Assembly: GCA_013265495.1 (NCBI GenBank)
Contig: MU057796.1
Span: 310,001-374,000 of the forward strand
DNA: 64,000 bases
Reading direction: 5' to 3'
DNA from: Vicugna vicugna
Taxonomy: Eukaryota
The notes beneath the pieces are model-generated. The model saw only the letters and a program-made list of their open reading frames with translations. It was not told where the DNA came from and did no database searches. Position numbers and translations under genes: made by a program. Shown piece after piece: positions 55,096 through 64,000 of the stretch (the stretch's first letter is position 1; every line of letters begins with the position of its first letter).

Positions 55096-55829
55096 GTGTG
55101 GGGATGTGGAGAGCATGAGCTTTGAGGTCATATCTGGGTTCTAGATTGGTCTCCGCCACTTGCTCGTTCTTTGAATTGAGGGAAGTTACTTCTTTATGTC
55201 ATTTTTCCTCACATGCAAAATAGAGAAGATAGCAACCCTTTCACAGCCATTGTGATTTACATAAGTTCTTGATACATAGTGGATGCCCAGTTGTTGCTAT
55301 TTCTCCTTCCTTCCTTCATTCAACAAATATTTATTGATGACTTATTTTGGGCAAACATTAGTATAGGTGCTGGAATATAAAGCAGTAAACAAAAGAAATA
55401 AAATCTTCGGCCTAGCAGGGGTGACATTCAAGTGGCGGGACATCACGTAGCATCAGTATTTTATATGACTTCTTTTGTTCTTATCACATTGTACTGTAGT
55501 TAATGAATGCATATGGTGGTCTCCGTGCCACATTGTTTGCTCCTTGAAGCAGAAGTCATGTATATTCCCTTATATTCAATTCCATCAACTAGCGTACTCT
55601 TCTGCCAACAGTTGGCCTTAATAAATATTTTCCAACTGAATAGATTATCAGATACTTTCCATGGTAATACTTTAATCATCAGAAATTCTAAGACCTAAAA
55701 TTACATTTAAATAGTGAAAAACACCCTTAATGGATGTAGTGGGGATCTAGAACATTCTGTGCATGATGCCACGAAGTTTATGGACAGCCCAGCCTTTCTT
55801 TTGTTTTGTTCCACCTTAGACTAGGTAAA

Positions 55830-56391
55830 ACAGTGCCCTGCTCTGTCCCCACTGCGGTGATGCTCTTTCAATGAGGGGAAGAGTCCATGGATCCAGGGTT
55901 GGGATTGGGAGATAGGTGTTCTTCTGAGCCTGCACAGCCATCCTTTTGGATTGGGTTAAGTTCTGTCTGCTTGATCTACCCGATGGCTGATTCCAGAAGC
56001 GATGCAGGCTTCTTTCACAGGTCTGTCTTGTCATTGGTGTGCATGCCCCTAGTCTCAAAGGATGGCCGGCCAAGGAGGAATACTTAGGATGTGGGTGGAA
56101 CTGTCATTTGAGCTAGCATGCTCTCATGCATGGACACGAGGTCCCCATGATGCCAGTTGGAGGTGGCAGTGGCAAGTCAAGGGCACAGCCCACAGGTAGG
56201 TCATGTTCTCATGTAGAGTTCTCAGGAATCCCAGGATCAAAAATGGAAACATTGTAAAGGTAAATGAATAGAAATAACTCATTTAACAGTTTGTTATCAC
56301 GATTTGCAACTTTTAAATATTTCCATGTATGACATGTGGGCCTCCATATTTAATTTTGCCTTGCATCCCACAAATATTAAAGATGGTTCTG
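55830..56391. mobile_element. MER115-like hAT-Tip100 element (left boundary uncertain)
   Basis: The right end ttaaatatttccatgtatgacatgtgggcctccatatttaattttgccttgcatcccacaaatattaaagatggttctg resembles the MER115/Zaphod terminus. Confidence 0.5.
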
Positions 56392-57162
56392 CTTCTGGGT
56401 TCTTCTCTTCTAATTAAGTTAGAGCACATACAGGTGTGTATGTGGTTGTTTTAAAGATGCTGCTCACAGTACTTCTCTGATCTTTTTTTATTTAACAGGA
56501 AGGAAAGAAAAAAATTTTTTTACATATCTGTAAGAGGGCTATTTATTTGTGACAATCTAAACTTTTATTTTCCATTAAGTTGTATACAGAATTCCAGACT
56601 TAAGTACAATTGTTACATGTATTTTTCTTTGTATAATTTATTTCCCCCTGAGGATAAAAATATTCCCATATATATATTGTTAGTTCTATTCCTGGGTTCT
56701 AGCATAACAATATATTGTGTGACTTAAGATATCTTTAATATTATTGAGGTTTTATGTGTGAATTTATGTGGGTAGAATTTTCATAAGAGTTTCTTTAAAA
56801 GAAAGATGTGTTCTTTTGTTTGCTTATTTTTTCCATATACTCTATCCTGGAATATTTTCTGTTTTACATGCAAACTAATATAGATACAAAGTTCCTGCCT
56901 GGCTAATTGCTGTCATTGATGATTTTCACATAGCTGTTAAAAATATATTGAATTTTAATGGTGTAACTTGTGCTGATTTTTATGCGTTTTTCTAAAGATA
57001 TTTTCTGTAATACATATTTTAGTAGAATAATTTTAATTCCTTTTTATTTGTATGACATTTCCTTTTTGATATATGTCATAGTTTAAAAATTTATATTTCA
57101 GCTTCTTTATATATTACATATTGTATTATGGTATATTATGGTTAATGTTTTTTCTATGTATG

Positions 57163-57894
57163 CAATTATCATTAATGCTTCATAATTTTTTTATTTTGAG
57201 AGGTTATTTAGTTTTGTTTATTTTAATAACTTTCTGTTATTAGTTTTGTTTATTTTAATAACTTTCTGTTATCTGTTCATATTATATTAATATATTTAAA
57301 TAATTATACCCTATTATTATTTTTAAAGGACTTTGTCATGGAATTCATGTTGAAAGCCATTCAGTCCTATGCATATTGATTCTTTATTCATTTGAATCTT
57401 CTCTGCTTAATGCAATCAAATTTATTCTTCAAGATACAGCTCATGCATTACCTCTGTCACAACTTTGACACTTACTCATTCATTTATTCAATAATTCAAC
57501 ACAATTTGTTGAGTGGCTGTTATGTTACATGCACAGCTGTAAGTGCACAATTATCATTAATGCTTCATAATTTTTTTATTTTGAGAGGTTATTTAGTTTT
57601 GATTATTTTAATAACTTTCTGTTAGTTCATATTATATTAATATATTTAAATAATTATACCCTATTATTATTTTTAAAGGACTTTGTCATGGAATTCATGT
57701 TGAAAGCCATTCAGTCCTATGCATATTGATTCTTTATTCATTTGAATCTTCTCTGCTTAATGCAATCAAATTTATTCTTCAAGATACAGCTCATGCATTA
57801 CCTCTGTCACAACTTTGACACTTACTCATTCATTTATTCAATAATTCAACACAATTTGTTGAGTGGCTGTTATGTTACATGCACAGCTGTAAGT
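57163..57894. repeat. Tandem duplication: copy 1 57163-57544, copy 2 57548-57894
   Basis: ORFs at 57392 and 57742 start with identical peptides exactly 350 bp apart; the sequences appear identical over the last ~290 bp. Confidence 0.95.
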
Positions 57895-58124
57895 TCTGGT
57901 AATATAATAGTGAATAAAAGCAACCAGTCTCTGTTCCCAGAAGGAGGGATATTAATCTAATAATCACGCTTTCCAGTCTATAATTTCAAACTGAAGAAGG
58001 AGCTCCAAGGAAAGGGAGCAGGGTTCTGTGAGAAGGATACTGAGAAAACATGACTTGGACCAGCCCTAGATCTCACAGGGTAGTAATAGCAGATCAGACC
58101 CAACTGCCTGACCATGAAGTCCAA

Positions 58125-58695
58125 CACAGCTCCGACAGATTGCTCGCCAAGATGGGTGCGATACGTCCTCCATTTCTGAATGCAGACTTCTTTGTGCTAT
58201 GACTATGCTGCACCCACAAAGGGTACAGTCTCTTTCCTATCTCCTTGAATCTGGGCTGGACTTTTGACTTGCTCTGGCCAATGGAATGTGGCAGGAGTGA
58301 CACTGTGTGAGTTCCAGAACCTGTGCTTTGGAGGTTTGGCAGCTCCCCTTCTCGTTCTCTTGGAACCATTGCCTGATCGTCACCATATAAGGAAGTCTGA
58401 CCTGGCCCTTTTGGAAGAAGAAAGGCCAAGTAGAAGAGAAGAGAGGCTCCTAGTCAACAGCCAGAACCAATGACCAGAAAACATAAATGCAGTCTTAGAC
58501 CACCTTGCCTTATCCAGTCATATGCTGCCAGGTGACTGCTGCCCCATGGTTGACTTCAGATGACACTAGCTGAAAATCCAACCAAATGATCATAATCCAA
58601 ACAGCTAAGCTGGACAGTTGTGAGCACATAAATGCTAGCCATTTTAAGCAGTAGGTCTTGGGGTGGTTGTCACTCAGCAATGGACAAACAGAAAC
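58125..58695 (+). mobile_element. MaLR LTR (MLT1F/G-like)
   Basis: ccttgaatctgggctggacttttgacttgctctggccaatggaatgtggcaggagtgacactgtgtgagttccaga ... ttggggtggttgtcactcagcaatggacaaacagaaaca. Confidence 0.8.
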
Positions 58696-59742
58696 AACAG
58701 CATTGTACGTTACTCAGCGCTTTTAAATTAAGCTCTATTAACTTGGGCATGCATTAAAGTTGACAAGATCTATATTTTAATCTTAATATATTTTTCCTTT
58801 TTTATTTTGATGATAAGGTAACAATATTTTATGGGTTTATTTTTAATAAGAAAAAATATTATATGAATTATATATATATGCCCATTTTCAATGATAATTC
58901 ATTCATGTGAGAATGATATTTTTATTGAATAAGAATTTAGTTTTTTAAATTTTTAATTTAAAAAAGTTGATAGCTTTATTAAGTGAATTAATATATGTAA
59001 CATGCTTAAAACTATATTTGGCATATAAATATTCAATGAATAGAATCATAATTGTTATTATTATTATTATTATTAATTTAACAAATATATTGAGTGCCTT
59101 CTATGTGGAAGGCCCTGCTTTAGAAAGGTAGAACCAATCACATTCTTTTCTCCCCCAGCTTTTTTGAGATATAATTGACAAATAAAACTTGTATGTGTTG
59201 GGATATACAACATGTTTTGCTATATGTATCCATTGTGAAGTGATCACAATCAAGCTCATTCACATAAGCATCACCTCCCCTAGTTACTATTTTTGTTTTA
59301 TTTTTTTAGTGAGAACACTCAAGATCAATTCTCTCAGCAAATTTCAAGTCTACAGTACAGATTTATTAACCATAGTCACCGTGCTCTGCATTAGATCTCC
59401 AGCATTTATTCATCCTGCATAACTAAAGGTTTGTATCCTTCGGCCAACATCTCCCCATTTCCCCCACCCATCAGCCCTGGCAACCGTCATTCTACTCTGC
59501 AACTATTTTTCCGATTCCACATATAAATGAGATCATGAAGTATTTGTTTTTCTGTGTCTGGCTTACTACACTTAGCATAATATCCTCCAGGTTCATCCAT
59601 GTTATTTCAAATGGCAGGATTTCTTTTTTTTTTAAGGGCCCAATTATATATATATATATCTCACATTTTATTTATTCATTCATCTGTTGATGTACATTAT
59701 GTTGTTTCCATATTTTGGCTATTGTGAATAATGCTGCAATGA

Positions 59743-60336
59743 AATGTAAATTTAAATTGCTTATTTGCAGTCTTTCTAATTTCTTAATATGTGCAATTAT
59801 CGCTATAAACTTGCCACTGTGGAAAACAGTATGGAGATTCCTCAAAAGACTAAAAATAGAATAGACATATGATCCAGCAGTCCCACCACTGGGCATATAT
59901 CTAGAGGGAAACTTAANNNNNNNNNNNNNNNNNNNNNNNNNNNNNNNNNNNNNNNNNNNNNNNNNNNNNNNNNNNNNNNNNNNNNNNNNNNNNNNNNNNN
60001 NNNNNNNNNNNNNNNNNNNNNNNNNNNNNNNNNNNNNNNNNNNNNNNNNNNNNNNNNNNNNNNNNNNNNNNNNNNNNNNNNNNNNNNNNNNNNNNNNNNN
60101 NNNNNNNNGGGTGGGAAGGGATAGACTGGGATTTCAAAATTGTAGAATAGATAAACAAGATTACACTGTATAGCACAGGGAAATATACACAAAATGTTAT
60201 GATAAATCACAGAGAAAAAAATGTGACAATGAGTGTGTATATGTCCATGAATGACTGAAAAATTGTGCTGAACACTGGAATTTGACACAACATAAAATGA
60301 TTATAAATCAATAAAAAATGTTAAGAAAAAAAAAGA
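59743..60336 (+). mobile_element. Young L1 insertion with inverted ORF2 fragment at its 5' end
   Basis: 59743-59815 is antisense ORF2 (GKFIAIIAHIKKLERLQISNLNLH). From 59814 the ORF2 is sense (PLWKTVWRFLKRLKIE). The 3' terminus 60109-60336 matches the 14385 element. Confidence 0.85.
59917..60108. other. Assembly gap (N run)
   Basis: N characters. Confidence 1.
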
Positions 60337-61521
60337 AGCTGTGTACCTTTGTTCTCTTCTAGTAGTTTTATAGTTTCTGTTCTTACGTTTAAGTCTGTAA
60401 TCCCTTTTGAGCTGATTGTTTAATATGCTGTGAAATGAAGGTCCAATTTCATTCTTCTTTATGTGAATATTTTCCAAATACCATGTATTGAAGAAATGAT
60501 CATTTCCAAAAAAATGCATTTTTGGAAATATTGTCAAAGATTAGTTGACAGAGAGGTGGGTTAATTTCTGGGTTGTCTATTCTGTTCCATTTGCCTACAT
60601 ATCTTTTTTTATGCCAGCACTTACACTGTGTAGATTACTGTAGCTTGTAATATATTTTGAAATCAGGAAGTGTGCTGACTCCAGATTTGTTCTTTGTGTT
60701 CAAGATTGCCTTGGCTATTTGTGGTCTTCTGTGGTTCTGTACAAATTTAGGACTGTTTGTCCCAATTTTGGGAAAAATGCCATTGGAGTTTTCATAGAGA
60801 CGGCATTGAATCTCTAGACTGCTTTTGGTAGTATGGATAGTTTAACAATATTGATTCTTCTAATCCATGAACATGGAGTATCTTTCCATTTATTTGTGTC
60901 TTTAATTTCTTTCATCATTGTTGTAGTTTTCCCTGTACAGATCTCTCATCTTCTTGGTTAAATTTATTCCTAAATATTTTACTCTTTTTGATACTTTGGT
61001 AAGTACAATTGTTAATTTATTTTTCAGAGAGCTTGTTGTTAGTATATAGAAACACAGCCGATTTTTGTATGTTAATTTTGTATCCTGCAACTGTCTTGAA
61101 ACTGTTTATTGGTTCTAACAGTTTTTTAGGGGGAGTCTTTTGGATTTGCTGTATTTGATCATGTCACTTGCAAATAGAGACAGTTTTACTTCTTTTTTCT
61201 GATTTGGATGCCTTCTCTTCCTTCCTTTCTTCCCTCCTTCCCCTTCTCTCTTCCTTCTTTTCTTCCTTTCTTTTTTTTCCCTAATTGCTTTGAGTAGGAT
61301 TTCTGTATTACGTTGAATAAGTGTGTCAGCATTGGGCATCCTTGTCCTGTTCCTGATCTTAGAAGAAATGGTTTCAGCTTTTCACCATCAAGTGTGATGT
61401 TAGCTGTAGGCTTGTCATATATGATGCCTGTGCATGAAATTCAATGGGCAGTTTTCAATGCTTATTGGCCTTCTCATCAAATTTTAACGCTTTTAATGAT
61501 TCTATTTTCTCTTACTAACAA

Positions 61522-62645
61522 GTAGCTTTATTGATATGTAATTCACATACTGTGCAATTCACTCTTTTAAAGTCTAAAATTCAATATTTTTTGGCATATT
61601 CACAGGGCTTTGCAAACATCACTGCAATCAGTTTTGGGACACATCCTCTAGTAGTGACTGCTGTCCTTGTGGATTTGCCTAGGAACAATTCATGAAAACG
61701 GAATCACACATGTCGTCCTTTGTGACTGGCTTCTTTCACTTAGAATAATATCTTCAAGGTTCCTCCACGTTGCAGCATGTATCAGTACTTCACTTTTATT
61801 TATTGTTGGTTGATATTCTGTCGTACGAATATACCACATCCTGTTTGTTCATTCATCAGTTGATGGATAGTTGTTTCCACTTTGGGGCTATTATGAATAA
61901 TTCTGCTATGAAGATTTGTATACAAGCTTTTGTGTAGACATGTTTTTATCTCTTCTGAGTATATATCTAGGAGTGGAATATTGAGCCATATTATAATTCC
62001 ATGTTTTTGTATTTTTATGTATTTGAGGTCCTGCAGAATGTTTTCCAAAGAGGCTACACCATTTTACATCCCCAGCGCACTGTATGAGGGTTCTGACTTC
62101 TCCACACCCTTATCTACATGTGGTATTGTCTGGGGTTTTAATTCTACCTATCCTAGTGGATATAAAGTGGTACCTCATTTTGGTTTTGATTTGCATTTCC
62201 TTGATGAGTAAGTTGAGCACCTTTTATGTGCTTGTTGGTCATTTGTAAAAACTTCTTTGAAGAAATGTATATTCAGATTGCCCACATTTTAATTGAGGTA
62301 TTTCTGTTTTTATTATTGAGCTGTAGGAATTATTTATTATTGTAGATATAAGTTTCTTATCATATATGTGACTTGCAAAAACATTTCCCCCATTCTCTGG
62401 GTTGTCTTTTTCACTTTCTGTACGGTGTGCTTTGAAGCAGAAAAGCTTTTAATTTTGATGACGTCCAATTTATCTATTTGTTGTCACTGTTGCTTATGCT
62501 TTTGATGTCACATGTAGAAACTATCACCTGATTCAAGGTTAAAGATTTACTCCTATGTTTTCTTCTGAGAGGTTTATAGTTTTAGCTTTTACATTTAGAT
62601 CTTTGGTCTATTTTAAGTTAATTTTTGTATGTGATGTGAGTCAAG
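61522..62645 (-). mobile_element. L1 3' region (L1MB-like)
   Basis: agctttattgatatgtaattcacatac...tttgtgactggcttctttcacttag...tggttttgatttgcatttcc...gttttcttctgagaggtttatagttttagc. Confidence 0.88.
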
Positions 62646-63619
62646 GGACTCTATTATTCATGAAAAATATCTTACCTTGGCTTCCATGAGACTATATCCT
62701 CCTCATTTTCTCCTGACAATCCACATGGTCCCTTTCTTGGGGGACCATCTATTTATTTAGCTCTTAAGATTTTCTTGTATTTTTAAATATTTTTATTTCT
62801 CAAAGTTATGTCTTAGTTTATCTCCTTTTCTTCTCAAGTACTCTCTCCTGACGTATCTCAATAAGAACAGAGCATTTGCTGATGATTCCCAAATTTATAT
62901 CTTCATCCCAGACTTCTAGGATCCCCTGACCCTTTTATGCAACCATAAATTCTATATTTACTATTAGTTCTCTCAAAAGCACAGACATTCAAAATCTTCA
63001 AACTAAAAACACATTTTGGACATTCTCATTTCCCTAACCTGGGGCCACTGTTTGATGTGAAAGCTGAACACTGAAGTGCTACCTTTGGCACTCCCTTCTC
63101 TCTTACTCTCAAATCCAATTCATTACCAAATTCTCAATTTTACCTCCTACATGTTTCTAAATTACTCCAGTCTTTTTTTTTTCTCTATCTCAACTTCAAC
63201 CATCCTAATTGTCTGACTTTTCTCACTATCCTAGATTCCGGACAGATTCCTAACAGATCCCAACTCATCTATTCTAGACCACCTTAATTTTCTTCTCTCC
63301 ACTGCAGCAGGTGTTTCCAAAATATAAACCTGACCTTGCCAACAAAAAACCTGCCACCGTGGATAAAAATACCTGAACCCCAATCTCCAACTACTAAAAA
63401 AACCTTCTCCAGTGCCTCTGTGGTTTGGCCTTTCAGACTTGGTCATCTTACTCTCCATGTGCAGACATAGTGACTTTTTTTGTTCTTATCTTCAAAAATG
63501 TTATAGCTCTTCCCTTAACACCATAGACTTATATGTAAGCCATTCTATCAGTCTGGGACCCCTCCCCTCTGCTCTCCTATTTAACTTCTTCCCACGCTAC
63601 AGATTTCTGTTCAAGTGCT

Positions 63620-64000
63620 ACTTTTTCTTTTTCAATTGAGATATAATTTGTATATAACATTATGCAAGTTCAAGGTGTACAACGTGTTGATCTGATACAT
63701 TTATACATTGCAATGTGCTTGCCATCATAACTTCAGCTAACAGCTCTATCGCATCACCTAATTACCATTTCTTTTTTATTATGAGAATGTTTAAGATATA
63801 GTCTCCTAGAAATTTTGAATAGACATTTTTCCCAAAAAGACATCCAGGTTGCCACTGGGTACATAAAAGTGGTCAACATTACTAATTTAGGCAAATGCAC
63901 ATGAAAACCATGAAATGTTACCTCACCTCTGATAGCATGGCTGTCATCAAGAAGACAAGCAGCAAGTGTTGGCGAGGATGCGGATAAAAGAGAACCCTCA
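63620..64000 (-). mobile_element. L1 3' end (63620-63812, minus) joined to a sense ORF2 segment (63813-64000); probable 5'-inverted insertion running off the window
   Basis: Antisense terminus ttgagatataatt...gttcaaggtgtacaacgtgttg, then sense ttgaatagacatttt...aaagacatccagg...caagtgttggcgaggatgcggataaaagagaaccctc. Confidence 0.75.

Larger units (their letters stand above)
59150..61420 (-). mobile_element. Older L1 (3'UTR plus ORF2), interrupted by a young L1
   Basis: L1 3' end from 59150; ORF2-like peptides in ORFs 60902..61090 ([19 protein letters not shown]) and 61115..61339 ([12 protein letters not shown]). Confidence 0.9.

Overview
Mammalian, repeat-rich non-coding DNA, most likely camelid (alpaca or camel, inferred from two tRNA-derived Vic-1-type SINEs). 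No intact protein-coding gene or host-gene exon can be supported. The two gene-like features are near full-length processed pseudogenes on the minus strand, each inserted into an older L1. The first is a GC/CpG-rich paralemmin-1 (PALM) retrocopy at about 7199-9877, made from the exon-8-skipped isoform, with three 1-bp frameshifts, no nonsense codon and an apparent AT-to-GC substitution bias. The second is a transgelin-2 (TAGLN2) retrocopy at 49041-50387 with a perfect 13-bp target-site duplication (TSD) and one nonsense codon. The rest is L1, L2, MIR, MaLR/ERVL LTRs and hAT/Tigger fossils, plus three apparent twin-primed (5'-inverted) L1 insertions, an unexplained ~115-bp inverted repeat pair at 44.6/45.7 kb, an AT-rich minisatellite, a ~350-bp tandem duplication and two assembly gaps. 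I found no convincing novel multi-gene system. Repeat family names and reference protein comparisons come from recalled consensus sequences, not from database searches.
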